Source: a virus
Lineage: Duplodnaviria > Caudoviricetes
Direction: 5' to 3' (one strand)
Length of the DNA stretch: 64,000 nt
Virus record (IMG/VR): IMGVR_UViG_3300021960_000017
Of this stretch, positions 38,202 through 47,681 are shown piece after piece (the first letter of the stretch is position 1; every line of letters starts with the position of its first letter). The notes below the pieces were generated by a model, which worked only from the letters and a program-made list of their open reading frames with translations, did not search any database and was not told the DNA's origin. The position numbers were made by a program, and so were the translations under genes.

Positions 38202-38231
38202 TTGACAAGCAAGTAAAAAAGGTAGTATAAT
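38202..38231 (+). promoter_or_regulatory. sigma70-like promoter
   Basis: TTGACA-N18-TATAAT. Confidence 0.65.
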
Positions 38232-38237
38232 AAAGGT

Positions 38238-39992
38238 ATGTTTTTAGGGATTCTTACATTACTGGTTGCTCTGTTCATTTCAGGTATTGCAGCCTATTAT
38301 AGTATTATTGGTTTGACTGCTATTTTTGCAGCAGCATTTATACCCATTGTTCTTATGGGTAGTGTGTTAGAGGTTGGTAAGATTTTAACAACTGTTTGGC
38401 TGCATCAAAACTGGCAACGAGCTCCCAGAATTATCCGCGGTTATTTGACTATAGCAGTTATAGTACTCATGTTCATTACAAGCATGGGTGTGTTTGGCTT
38501 TTTAAGTAAGAGTCATATTGAACAGGCAAGTGTTGGTGTAGAACAGCGAGCCCTTAGTGATAGTATTGATGAAAAGATTATTCGTAGCCAAGCAAAAATA
38601 GAACGCTGGGCTGAGGAAATAAAACGTCTTAACACAGGTGGTGATAGCACTCGTATTGATGGTTTGATTGCCAGAGAGCAACAACGCATCAAGGATGCAA
38701 ATGAAAGACTTGTACCACAGATTGATGCTGAAAATGCAAAGATACCTGGCCTAAGACAGCAAGCACAAAGAGAAATTGGTCAACAAGAAAAGCGTTTAGT
38801 TGATGCTCAAAAACGAGCAGAGGCAAGCATTAAAGTTGCACAGGATGAACTTACACGATTAGACGCAGATGTTGAAGCATATACTAAACAGGGCACAACT
38901 GGGTCCGGCGGATTTTTTGGTGGTAAAACTGATAATGTTGCCAAGGGTGCTGAACTACGCAAAAACCAAAAGCCAGAGCGTGATAAACTACAAGCAGACA
39001 TAGATGCAGCAAAAGCAAACGAACTTGCTATTGCAAGTAAGGTGCAGGCCGAAATAAGAGACATTAACAGTCGTTTGGCTACTAGCATTAAAGCAGTTGA
39101 AGCAAGAATTGTAGATATACGCAAGAGTATTGATCCTACCGTTAAACAGGCTAATGATAACATTGCTCGCTATACACTCGAAGCAGGCAATGCTAACAAA
39201 GGTGTAGATACTCGTATCTCTGAAATTGAAAAACTAATAGAAGCAGAGCAGCCTATTATTGATAAACTACGTGAAGAAAAGTTAGTATTTGAGAAAAAGT
39301 ACAGACAGTTTGAAGCAGAGGTTGGCCCAGTTAAATATATTGCTGAACTTATATATGGCACTACCACAGACAAAACGCTGTTAGAAGAAGCAGTGCGTTG
39401 GGTGATAATTATTATAGTAGCAGTTTTTGATCCACTTGCTGTCTGTCTTGTTCTTGCTGGTACAATGACCATAGGCTGGGCCAGACAAGAACGCAAGAAA
39501 AACATTAAAAAAAAGATAGTAAGAGTTGACGACCCTAGATTAGAGGAATTAGAAATGAAACTAGACCAACATAACGACATTCTCAGTGAACTTGAGAGAC
39601 TACTAGATGATAATCTAGGCAAAATGGATCCTGCAGAGTATGCAAAACTCAAAGCAGAATATGACAGCATGGTTGCAGAGCGTGACACACTTGCAGCAGC
39701 ACTTGAAGAAGCAAAAGCAGAGTCAGATGGTCTAGTTGACAAAGTAGTTGCTACTGAAGCAGAGCGTGATGCACTAGCAAAAAGATTAGATGATGTTGCA
39801 GCAGGTAGCAGTGCATTTGAAAAGCGTATTGAAGAATTACTAAAGCGTATAGCAGATCTAGAAGCAGAAGTTGAACGCCGTGATGCAGTGGTGCTTAAAA
39901 TGGCAGAGAAGTATCAGTTAGTTGAAAAAGACAGTTTTGGTGATGATTTAGTTGCAGCCGCTAACGGGCAGCAGACAGAAGCAAAAAACTAA
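38238..39992 (+). CDS. membrane-anchored coiled-coil protein
   Basis: Three N-terminal TM helices, long coiled coil, internal TM (IIIIVAVFDPLAVCLVL), second coiled coil. Confidence 0.75.
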   Translation: MFLGILTLLVALFISGIAAYYSIIGLTAIFAAAFIPIVLMGSVLEVGKILTTVWLHQNWQRAPRIIRGYLTIAVIVLMFITSMGVFGFLSKSHIEQASVGVEQRALSDSIDEKIIRSQAKIERWAEEIKRLNTGGDSTRIDGLIAREQQRIKDANERLVPQIDAENAKIPGLRQQAQREIGQQEKRLVDAQKRAEASIKVAQDELTRLDADVEAYTKQGTTGSGGFFGGKTDNVAKGAELRKNQKPERDKLQADIDAAKANELAIASKVQAEIRDINSRLATSIKAVEARIVDIRKSIDPTVKQANDNIARYTLEAGNANKGVDTRISEIEKLIEAEQPIIDKLREEKLVFEKKYRQFEAEVGPVKYIAELIYGTTTDKTLLEEAVRWVIIIIVAVFDPLAVCLVLAGTMTIGWARQERKKNIKKKIVRVDDPRLEELEMKLDQHNDILSELERLLDDNLGKMDPAEYAKLKAEYDSMVAERDTLAAALEEAKAESDGLVDKVVATEAERDALAKRLDDVAAGSSAFEKRIEELLKRIADLEAEVERRDAVVLKMAEKYQLVEKDSFGDDLVAAANGQQTEAKN

Positions 39993-40026
39993 TTCAGGTC
40001 TCTGTTGCAGAAACCATCAGGGACCT
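39983..40026 (+). promoter_or_regulatory. candidate -1 programmed ribosomal frameshift signal
   Basis: A AAA AAC heptamer in frame just before TAA; 6-nt spacer; 9-bp stem AGGTCTCTG/CAGGGACCT; -1 frame open to 40306. Confidence 0.7.
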
Positions 40027-40042
40027 TGACTTACCAGCAGGT

Positions 40043-40306
40043 GTGAATATAGACTTTGGTACTGTTTTTACTCAGTATCCAGACAAAGGCGATTTGTTTA
40101 TTAGAGTAGATGTATTACCAAACAGGTTGTTTAGATACACTGGCGATAAGTGGATAGAAATACCCAAAACACGCACTACTAGTTATTTGGGCAATGAAGA
40201 ATATATCAAGCATATTTTAAATGATATAAGTGCAGGAAAAATAAAACTTGAAGATCTTACTGAAGATGAACAGGAAGAAATACAAAAGTTTTTAGGCAAT
40301 GAGTAA
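40043..40306 (+). CDS. hypothetical domain, likely the C-terminal extension of 38238 via frameshift
   Basis: Weak GTG start; frame open from 39965; FGTVF..YPDKGDLFIRVD.LPNRLF. Confidence 0.6.
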   Translation: MNIDFGTVFTQYPDKGDLFIRVDVLPNRLFRYTGDKWIEIPKTRTTSYLGNEEYIKHILNDISAGKIKLEDLTEDEQEEIQKFLGNE

Positions 40307-40661
40307 ATTTACGATTGTAACATCGCCGGATTATTATTTTATGGACCAACCAAGTATTCTTAGTTACGGGTTGGATATCAATAATGAAAGAGTTTGCAAC
40401 TACATAAATGATGTAGATGTAGATGTAACAGTATACTTGGGAACACCAAGTTCAGATTTAAACTGGTTAATCAATGTTTCTAGGAGCGTTGATTATATAC
40501 TGTTAAATACTAATGTAGATATGTTAGTTACTGGTTTGTTAATTGACAAACCCAACACATACTACTATAATAATATCATTAACTTTGATATTTTAAATAA
40601 ACAACAAATCGAAGATCCAGTTGCATTTTTGATTAGTTGGCTGAACAAACTAGAGGTATAA
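40299..40661 (+). CDS. hypothetical protein
   Basis: 120 aa in operon. Confidence 0.55.
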   Translation: MSKFTIVTSPDYYFMDQPSILSYGLDINNERVCNYINDVDVDVTVYLGTPSSDLNWLINVSRSVDYILLNTNVDMLVTGLLIDKPNTYYYNNIINFDILNKQQIEDPVAFLISWLNKLEV

Positions 40662-40883
40662 ATGCCAGATAGACAACCACGTGGTCTTACAGTACAAGTC
40701 CACAATAATAATGTTAACAAGGCGTGGCGTCGCCTTAAGAAAATGATCCAAGAAGATGGATTATTTCAAGAATTAAAAGAGCGTGAACATTTCACAAAGC
40801 CTAGCGCAAAACGCAGGAAAGAACGTGATATGGCTCGTAAACGCTGGCTTAAGAAAAAGCGTGAAATAGAAATGAACTGGTAA
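40662..40883 (+). CDS. rpsU: 30S ribosomal protein bS21
   Basis: VQVHNNNVNKAWRRLKK...ELKEREHFTKPSAKRR. Confidence 0.9.
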   Translation: MPDRQPRGLTVQVHNNNVNKAWRRLKKMIQEDGLFQELKEREHFTKPSAKRRKERDMARKRWLKKKREIEMNW

Positions 40884-40889
40884 AAAAAG

Positions 40890-40917
40890 TTGACATTTCT
40901 TGTATAGAGTGTATAAT
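40890..40917 (+). promoter_or_regulatory. sigma70-like promoter (TAAATA also at 40925)
   Basis: TTGACA-N16-TATAAT. Confidence 0.7.
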
Positions 40918-40935
40918 ACACAGATAAATAAATTT

Positions 40936-41000
40936 AGAAGATGCCGTGAATTCGGGTCTTCTTTAAAATGTAAATTCTTGCTTAATAAAGGAGAAATGCA
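40936..41000 (+). promoter_or_regulatory. ROSE-like RNA thermometer candidate
   Basis: Two hairpins; the second pairs TTCTTGCTT with AAGGAGAA (SD), leaving a bulged G. Confidence 0.55.
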
Positions 41001-41426
41001 ATGAATACTCTTACAACTTTTGACATCCCCACACTGAACAGAAACTTTATCGGCATTGATCGTTTGCTTGATCGTATGCTGGTTAATGGACAAACCCAAG
41101 AAGGGTATCCTCCATACAACGTGGTAAAACTTGACGACGATAACTTTGAAATTGAGCTTGCAGTAGCAGGTTTTGGCGAAAAGGATATTGAAGTCACTGT
41201 ACATAACGGAGTACTTGCTATTGAAGGCAAGACTGCTGAAGCCCAAACAGAACGTACATTCCTCCACAAGGGAATCAGCAGCCGTAAATTCCGTCGTACA
41301 TTTAACCTTGCAGATCATGTAGAGGTTAAAGATGCAAAGGTACGTGATGGCATTCTTAGTATTGCACTAGAACGCCAAGTACCTGAAGAATTAAAACCAC
41401 GCAAAATTTCAGTAAATTTCGTGTAA
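41001..41426 (+). CDS. small heat shock protein Hsp20 (IbpA-like)
   Basis: YPPYNVVK, IELAVAGF, FLHKGISSRKFRRTF, DGILSI. Confidence 0.95.
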   Translation: MNTLTTFDIPTLNRNFIGIDRLLDRMLVNGQTQEGYPPYNVVKLDDDNFEIELAVAGFGEKDIEVTVHNGVLAIEGKTAEAQTERTFLHKGISSRKFRRTFNLADHVEVKDAKVRDGILSIALERQVPEELKPRKISVNFV

Positions 41427-41432
41427 ATATAT

Positions 41433-41464
41433 GTGCGGGGAGAGCAATCTCCCCGCATACTTTC
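41433..41464 (+). terminator. hairpin/terminator
   Basis: GTGCGGGGAGA-GCAA-TCTCCCCGCAT. Confidence 0.7.
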
Positions 41465-41474
41465 GGAGTTTTAT

Positions 41475-41780
41475 ATGTCTGAAAAAACAAACACAAAAAT
41501 TAAGGTTCGTCCTATAATTGAAAAGGAACCGCCTAAAGATTACAAGGTTATTTTTGTAAATGATCAAGTAACTACATTTGAGTTTGTTTGCGATAGTCTA
41601 GTGACTGTTTTTGATTATGATGAGTCAAAAGCACAAAAGAAAACACAAGAAATCCATGCCCAGGGTGCAGGCGTAGTTGCTGTACTTCCTTTTGAAATTG
41701 CAGAACAAAAAGGTGTGGAAGTTTTAGTACAAGCCCGTAATCAGGGCTATCCCTTAGAAGTTAAATTAGAACAAGAATAA
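41475..41780 (+). CDS. clpS: ATP-dependent Clp protease adaptor ClpS
   Basis: PPKDYKVIFVNDQVTTFEFV, EIHAQGAGVV, EIAEQK, YPLEVKLE; ATG at 41475 with GGAG RBS. Confidence 0.9.
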   Translation: MSEKTNTKIKVRPIIEKEPPKDYKVIFVNDQVTTFEFVCDSLVTVFDYDESKAQKKTQEIHAQGAGVVAVLPFEIAEQKGVEVLVQARNQGYPLEVKLEQE

Positions 41781-41816
41781 TTTGCTTTTTTATTAACATT
41801 AGCATATAATAAGAAT

Positions 41817-42887
41817 ATGAGAATAGAACATGATTTAAAACTGGATTATTCTGGCGTGCTGCTGCGACCCAAGCGTAGTACATTGGATAGTCGCAAGAAT
41901 GTAGGGCTCAGCAGAGAGTATACATTTATTAACAGTCATCAAAGTTACAAAGGCATTCCCGTAATTGCTGCTAACATGGATGGCGTTGGTACCTGGGACA
42001 TGCATGACGTCCTGGGTAAACAAGGTATGCTCACTGCTATTGTTAAGCACTACAATATTGCAAGTCAGGTAGAAAAATTTAATAAACCAGGTAGCGAATT
42101 TGCTGTATATAGTATGGGCATTACAGATGATGACCTTGCTAAGTTTAGGGCAGTGAATGTAGGTGCACCAGTAAAATGGGTGTGTATAGATGTTGCTAAC
42201 GGTTACAGCGAGCGTTTTATAGACTTTGTAGCAAGGTTTAGAGATGAGTTCCCTGATAAAATTATCATGGCTGGTAATGTAGTTACTGGCGATATAACAG
42301 AGGAGTTAATACTAAAAGGTGCGGACATTGTTAAAGTTGGTATTGGTCCCGGTAGTGTATGTACTACTCGTATCCAAACTGGTGTTGGTTATCCTCAATT
42401 GTCTGCTGTTATTGAATGCTCAGACGCCGCTCATGGGCTGGGTGGTCATATTATTGCTGACGGTGGGTGCACTTGTCCTGGCGACGTTGCTAAGGCGTTT
42501 GCTGGTGGCGCTGACTTTGTAATGCTTGGCGGCATGCTTGCTGGGCACGACGAAGGTGGCGGTGATGTAATTAGTAAAATGTATATTACTGATGAAGTTG
42601 ACAGTGATGGCAATCGTGTCCTAGAAGAGCGTCAGTTTGTTGAGTTTTATGGTATGAGTTCTCAAGCAGCAAACGACAAGCACAATGGTGGACTTAAAGA
42701 ATATCGCAGTAGTGAAGGCAGAGAAGTTCTTATACCCTACAAGGGTGCAGTAGAAGATACGCTGCGAGACTTGCTAGGCGGTGTAAGAAGTGCCTGCACA
42801 TATGTTGGCGCAAGACGATTGAAAGATTTAACTAAGTGTGCTACATTTGTAAAATGTACTGACACACATAATAGGATTTATGAATGA
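41817..42887 (+). CDS. guaC: GMP reductase
   Basis: [60 protein letters not shown]. Confidence 0.95.
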   Translation: MRIEHDLKLDYSGVLLRPKRSTLDSRKNVGLSREYTFINSHQSYKGIPVIAANMDGVGTWDMHDVLGKQGMLTAIVKHYNIASQVEKFNKPGSEFAVYSMGITDDDLAKFRAVNVGAPVKWVCIDVANGYSERFIDFVARFRDEFPDKIIMAGNVVTGDITEELILKGADIVKVGIGPGSVCTTRIQTGVGYPQLSAVIECSDAAHGLGGHIIADGGCTCPGDVAKAFAGGADFVMLGGMLAGHDEGGGDVISKMYITDEVDSDGNRVLEERQFVEFYGMSSQAANDKHNGGLKEYRSSEGREVLIPYKGAVEDTLRDLLGGVRSACTYVGARRLKDLTKCATFVKCTDTHNRIYE

Positions 42888-43210
42888 AATTACATGTAGA
42901 TGACATTGGTGGAGATATTGTAAAAGATACTGATGTTTATCTATTGAAAGATAATACTACGCTCAAAAATCTAGTGCTCAGTTCTACTAGGCTAAAACCT
43001 AATAAAAGCACTCGTGGGCATAAACACGATGGTTGTGAAGAAGTGTACTACTTTATTAACGGGTCAGGCACAATGGAACTGGATGAAAAAATTATTATGG
43101 TAGATCCAGGAGATGTTGTACTAGTTGAGGACGGTGTATTTCATCGTGTCCATGCTAGTCAAGCAGGGTGCTATTTTATTTGTATATTCAATGAAAAAAG
43201 AAGTCATTAA
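42884..43210 (+). CDS. cupin domain protein
   Basis: [18 protein letters not shown]...GVFHRV. Confidence 0.85.
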   Translation: MKLHVDDIGGDIVKDTDVYLLKDNTTLKNLVLSSTRLKPNKSTRGHKHDGCEEVYYFINGSGTMELDEKIIMVDPGDVVLVEDGVFHRVHASQAGCYFICIFNEKRSH

Positions 43211-43221
43211 GGAGAAATATT

Positions 43222-43581
43222 ATGGCTTATTGGGGTTACCATGCAATGTACGATTGTGCATCTTGCGACGTTAGTACATTTAGTAGAGCAAACATTTATA
43301 ACTTTATTAAAGAATTGGTTGATGCAATTGATATGGTTGCATATGGTGAACCAATGATTGAACATTTTGCTACACATGCCCCTGATAAGGCAGGATTTAG
43401 TTTTTGTCAGATGATTGAAACTAGTAACATTTCCGGACACATGGTTGATATTAACGGTGATGCTTACTTTGACATTTTTAGTTGTAAACCCTACAGTATT
43501 GATACTGCACAAGAAGTTATTGAAAAATATTTCCAACCAGGCAAAGTGCGTGTAAATTATATTACACGCCAAGCTGGCTAG
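43222..43581 (+). CDS. pyruvoyl-dependent decarboxylase, AdoMetDC-like (variant ETSN site)
   Basis: GYHAMYD, QMIETSNISGH, YFDIFSCK. Confidence 0.75.
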   Translation: MAYWGYHAMYDCASCDVSTFSRANIYNFIKELVDAIDMVAYGEPMIEHFATHAPDKAGFSFCQMIETSNISGHMVDINGDAYFDIFSCKPYSIDTAQEVIEKYFQPGKVRVNYITRQAG

Positions 43582-43594
43582 GGGAGTAGAGCAA

Positions 43595-43960
43595 ATGTTG
43601 AGATCTGTAGAATATTGCGGTAGACATTTGCTTTTAGAAATTTGGACAGTAAAAGACTCGGAAAAACTAAAAAACATAGAAGAAATTTCTACAGTTATGA
43701 AGAGTGCAGCCAATATGGCAGGAGCCACAGTATTAGGTGACAACTGGCATAATTTTGGTGTAGGTTGTGGTATAACAGGTGTAGTGATGCTTAGTGAAAG
43801 TCATATGAGCATACACACCTGGCCCGAGCATGGTTATGCTGCTATTGACATATTCATGTGCGGCAATTGCAATCCACGAGATACTGTAGAATCTTTAGTT
43901 CAATATTTCGAGCCAATTGATTACACTGACAATCATTTGGTTAGAGGAATAATAGAATAA
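43595..43960 (+). CDS. speD: S-adenosylmethionine decarboxylase proenzyme-like
   Basis: GRHLL, GITGVVMLSESHMSIHTWPEHGYAAIDIFMCG. Confidence 0.9.
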   Translation: MLRSVEYCGRHLLLEIWTVKDSEKLKNIEEISTVMKSAANMAGATVLGDNWHNFGVGCGITGVVMLSESHMSIHTWPEHGYAAIDIFMCGNCNPRDTVESLVQYFEPIDYTDNHLVRGIIE

Positions 43961-43975
43961 CCTGAGGAATGTAAA

Positions 43976-44389
43976 ATGGCTATTTGGAATGTAGAAACAG
44001 CAAACAAAAAGGCCGTAGAAGAACATGAACTATGGCAAAAAGACGACATGGTTATCCGTCGCATTACTGGCTGGCGTTGGGGTGCATGGACTGTAACCAC
44101 TGAGGACGATGAACCTCCTGAGTTTGTTATGGACAGCGGCCCAAGTGGTGACGCTTGTAACATTAATGAAGACTGGCCAGACAATGTAGAAAGTGTTGAA
44201 CTAGATACACTAGACGATGGTGTATACGATGATATAATCTTCCCAGACGACATGAGCGAAGATGAACAAGTACGTCTAGAGCAACTATGGGAAGACGATC
44301 CTTACAATGGTTGGGAAGAAGACGGTTGGTATCATTATGATACTGAGTGCTGGGTTTGGGGTGAACTAGACATTGACCGTGTGGAATGA
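43976..44389 (+). CDS. hypothetical acidic protein
   Basis: 137 aa D/E/W-rich. Confidence 0.6.
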   Translation: MAIWNVETANKKAVEEHELWQKDDMVIRRITGWRWGAWTVTTEDDEPPEFVMDSGPSGDACNINEDWPDNVESVELDTLDDGVYDDIIFPDDMSEDEQVRLEQLWEDDPYNGWEEDGWYHYDTECWVWGELDIDRVE

Positions 44390-45038
44390 AGAAATTAATC
44401 TTGAAGCGGATTTTCTAGCCTGCTCTTGGTATTTGTACCGAACACAGAGTAATAATACGCTAAGGTCGGTTAAAAAATCTAGACTAAAACCGGAAGATTA
44501 TGATTACGCTAAAAAAATTAGGGCACACTTTTTAGGGAAACTAATGCTACTACAATTGGGTGGCAAACACATTACTCCCTATAGATCAGAACTCCTCAAG
44601 GTGTTGTCTCAAGAAAATACTACTACATACATGCAAGAACATGCAGGGATGTTGATGACACTTCCAAGATTGTATGTAGAAGATATGTTTTTAGACGATC
44701 TTAAAGAGAAGTATGATAACACTTCCTGGAGAATGACAGAAGTTCATAATGAAAATGTAGAACGCACACTGACTTATATAGGAAACCATCCTAAAAAAAG
44801 TTTTAGATATGGGTACCGCAAAACTAGTAACGACATGTTTACATGTAACTGGTTTCATGATGACAATGATAGATTATATTTAATAGAAACAGATGATGAT
44901 TGTCCTTATCGCTTTTTCTTTAAAAAACTAATAAACAAACCTTTTCGTATAGTGGGTAAGCCTATAAAACATCATAGTAGAGATGATTTAAGATACTATC
45001 AACTACACGATTACTATTTTGTACCTAACGCAGATTAA
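44373..45038 (+). CDS. hypothetical protein
   Basis: 221 aa. Confidence 0.55.
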   Translation: MTVWNEEINLEADFLACSWYLYRTQSNNTLRSVKKSRLKPEDYDYAKKIRAHFLGKLMLLQLGGKHITPYRSELLKVLSQENTTTYMQEHAGMLMTLPRLYVEDMFLDDLKEKYDNTSWRMTEVHNENVERTLTYIGNHPKKSFRYGYRKTSNDMFTCNWFHDDNDRLYLIETDDDCPYRFFFKKLINKPFRIVGKPIKHHSRDDLRYYQLHDYYFVPNAD

Positions 45039-45050
45039 ATAAATAGTTTT

Positions 45051-46454
45051 ATGTATACTAGTGATTTATTTGAAAGTGTAGGGTTTCCAAATCGTAAACA
45101 AGGCGATGAGTTTTATAATCCAAAAGATGATAACGACACCGCTACTTTTATTGAACTAATTGCATACCCTGACGGTACAACAAAGTTTGAAACTCCTGAA
45201 TTAAGAGATCAAACTCTTAAGAGTTTTTCAGATCAAGTTAAGGGTAATGTTTTTATTTTAAATAAACCCACCGCTAGTTTATTAGGTCTTTACATTGTCC
45301 ATATGGTAGACAGTAAAGGACAAGATGATTATTATGTTAAGTATGTTCGTAGCACTGCTAACCTAGCAGGTATACTAACACAGATCCCAGTAAACATAAA
45401 AGCCCCTGGTCATGGTGGATACAGATTTGGCAGCAAGAGTGCTAGAAAAGAGGCATATGCTATAAAACCAAGTAATATTTTTACTAGTGAAGGTCCATAT
45501 GAACCTGCTCAAATTCCTGGTTATATTCAAGCAGCACAGGGCATGCCAGATGATCTTAAAGCACAAATGGTAGGTTATTTAAGTGCACTTGTTAAGGGTA
45601 ACAAAGACTTCTTGATGCAGGATGGCGACAAATATAGATCTGTACATGAAAATTATACAGGTGAATTTGCTGCTCCTATTGCTATTATTACAGCACAAGT
45701 AAATGAACAAGCAATCAGACAAAAGGCAGAACAAACACTATTGGGTGGCGAACGTTTTGCAAATTGTAAAATAGTCTTTCCACTAAGTGCTACAGAAAAG
45801 CTAGTAGATAGCAAACTGGTTGCTCCAAATGGCCGTACAGTTAGAGTGAGCAGTAAAGCTGAAAGTGGTGGTGGTGCTGCCGCTAGTATGGAAGGCTTAA
45901 TGGATACTATTAACCTAAAACGTAATGATCCCGATTTTAAGCCTGTTATAGATCAGTTTGGTCCTGAATTGCGTATGATGGAAACTGTTGTAAAAAACAA
46001 TGCAGTAGATGGCTTCCTAATACTTGCAAGAGAACAAAAACTTATAGACCAGCAGGACGAGCAAGCAATTAGGGCTGGTATTGCTAGAGCAAAAGAAGGC
46101 CAAAAGAGCACACTAGAGCAACTTACTAGTAGACTACAAAACTATGTAGGCAATTATGGTGCAGATACAGACAATCCAAGATACAATGTTGTGTATCATG
46201 CAACAGCAGCACTAAGCAGAGTACTAGGTGCTAAACTTGGTGAAATGAATGTAACTGGTGCCGTTAAAGCGATACTTAATTATAGTTCATTTGTACAAAT
46301 TTATGCAGGCACACAAAAACTAGGCAATGATATAAAAATGAATAGTTTTAAAATGGTGTGGCCTCCAGAGTATGATGGTACTGTATATATTGACACTGCT
46401 AAGAACTTTACTGGTACAGAGATACGCGGCAAAATAAGTTTCAAATTTAAATGA
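45051..46454 (+). CDS. hypothetical late protein, possible PD-(D/E)XK-like domain
   Basis: After TAAATA; LVDSKL...VRVSSK. Confidence 0.45.
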   Translation: MYTSDLFESVGFPNRKQGDEFYNPKDDNDTATFIELIAYPDGTTKFETPELRDQTLKSFSDQVKGNVFILNKPTASLLGLYIVHMVDSKGQDDYYVKYVRSTANLAGILTQIPVNIKAPGHGGYRFGSKSARKEAYAIKPSNIFTSEGPYEPAQIPGYIQAAQGMPDDLKAQMVGYLSALVKGNKDFLMQDGDKYRSVHENYTGEFAAPIAIITAQVNEQAIRQKAEQTLLGGERFANCKIVFPLSATEKLVDSKLVAPNGRTVRVSSKAESGGGAAASMEGLMDTINLKRNDPDFKPVIDQFGPELRMMETVVKNNAVDGFLILAREQKLIDQQDEQAIRAGIARAKEGQKSTLEQLTSRLQNYVGNYGADTDNPRYNVVYHATAALSRVLGAKLGEMNVTGAVKAILNYSSFVQIYAGTQKLGNDIKMNSFKMVWPPEYDGTVYIDTAKNFTGTEIRGKISFKFK

Positions 46455-46774
46455 TAGAATATGCACTAGCATTAAGTTTCCACCTTGGGCTTAAAAATGA
46501 TTACAATAGTGTACACCCACATATAAGATATACTGACAAAGGTTTTATTGCTGGCGTTTACTACAATTCAGAAGACAATATAAGTTTTTATGCTGGAAAA
46601 CGCTGGGAGCATGGAGGCGTTGGATTTGAGGCAGGTGCTGTAACAGGATATTCCGGAGCGCCAGTAGTTCCTTATGGTCGTGTAACATACAATAATTTTT
46701 TTGCAGCACCAGCAATAGAAAAAACTGACACAGTTAGAGTAGGCGTAGTTTTAGGTTACGAAATTAAATTTTAA
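46451..46774 (+). CDS. small beta-strand-rich, possibly outer-membrane protein
   Basis: Alternating beta pattern, terminal GYEIKF. Confidence 0.45.
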   Translation: MIEYALALSFHLGLKNDYNSVHPHIRYTDKGFIAGVYYNSEDNISFYAGKRWEHGGVGFEAGAVTGYSGAPVVPYGRVTYNNFFAAPAIEKTDTVRVGVVLGYEIKF

Positions 46775-46981
46775 GATGCGCTAATTTTGCATATCAGACA
46801 TTATTGCGGCGCAACATTTTTCCTATTGATCTCCATATAAATAATATTGTACAATTAGAGTATAGCATATCCCATGCTTTACAAGAGATGCACTAGTACA
46901 GGCATCGTGGTAGCGCCGGGAGAGACCGGGGTCGTAATTCCTACATTACACATACATATACACTTATAAGGAGATGAAGCA

Positions 46982-47188
46982 ATGACTTCACTAGCAATGA
47001 CGGCTGACCATAGCCTACACTTTGTTGCAGAGTGGTTTAAAAGACTTAATGCAACTCTCACTCACAGAGCACAGATAAAAAGAACAATGACAGAGCTCAA
47101 CAAACTTAGCGACCGCGAGCTTCAGGACATTGGCATACATCGCACACAGATTACTAGCATCGCAATGGGAGTACACAGAAATGACTAA
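46982..47188 (+). CDS. DUF1127 (YjiS-like) small protein
   Basis: RTMTELNKLSDRELQDIGIHRTQI; AAGGAG RBS. Confidence 0.88.
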   Translation: MTSLAMTADHSLHFVAEWFKRLNATLTHRAQIKRTMTELNKLSDRELQDIGIHRTQITSIAMGVHRND

Positions 47189-47623
47189 AATTTTTGCTCC
47201 AATTCTAACAGCACTAGTTATTATTAGCGTAATGGGTGTAACATTTGTTGCACCAAATTTAAAATATTTCATTTAAGGAGTGGGACTATGACATTCTGGA
47301 ACAGAGTTATAAAGTTCTTTGAACAGATTGCAAAGCACAGAGTTGAGCGTGAATTGGCCATGCACAACATGACTTTTAAATTAGACAAGTAAACAAAAAT
47401 TTAATAAAATAAATATTACTATGCAAACTTTTCTTAAAAGCCTAAATAAAATTTTAACATGTTTTTTAAATAGTATAGCCGGTCATAATAAAGGTCTACA
47501 TGAATATTATATAAAAGAATATGGAAAAATAGAAGGCGAAAAACTCTACAGAGAATATCTAGTAGATTACAATAATGTGCAGAGTTTAAAAAGGTTTTAA
47601 GCCTAGTAAAAAACTAAAAACTC

Positions 47624-47653
47624 AAACCGCCACTGCAAAGTGGCGGTTTTTTT
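47624..47653 (+). terminator. intrinsic terminator
   Basis: AAACCGCCACT-GCAA-AGTGGCGGTTT plus T-run. Confidence 0.85.
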
Positions 47654-47681
47654 ATATAAATAGCCTTGGAGGAGTACGGAT

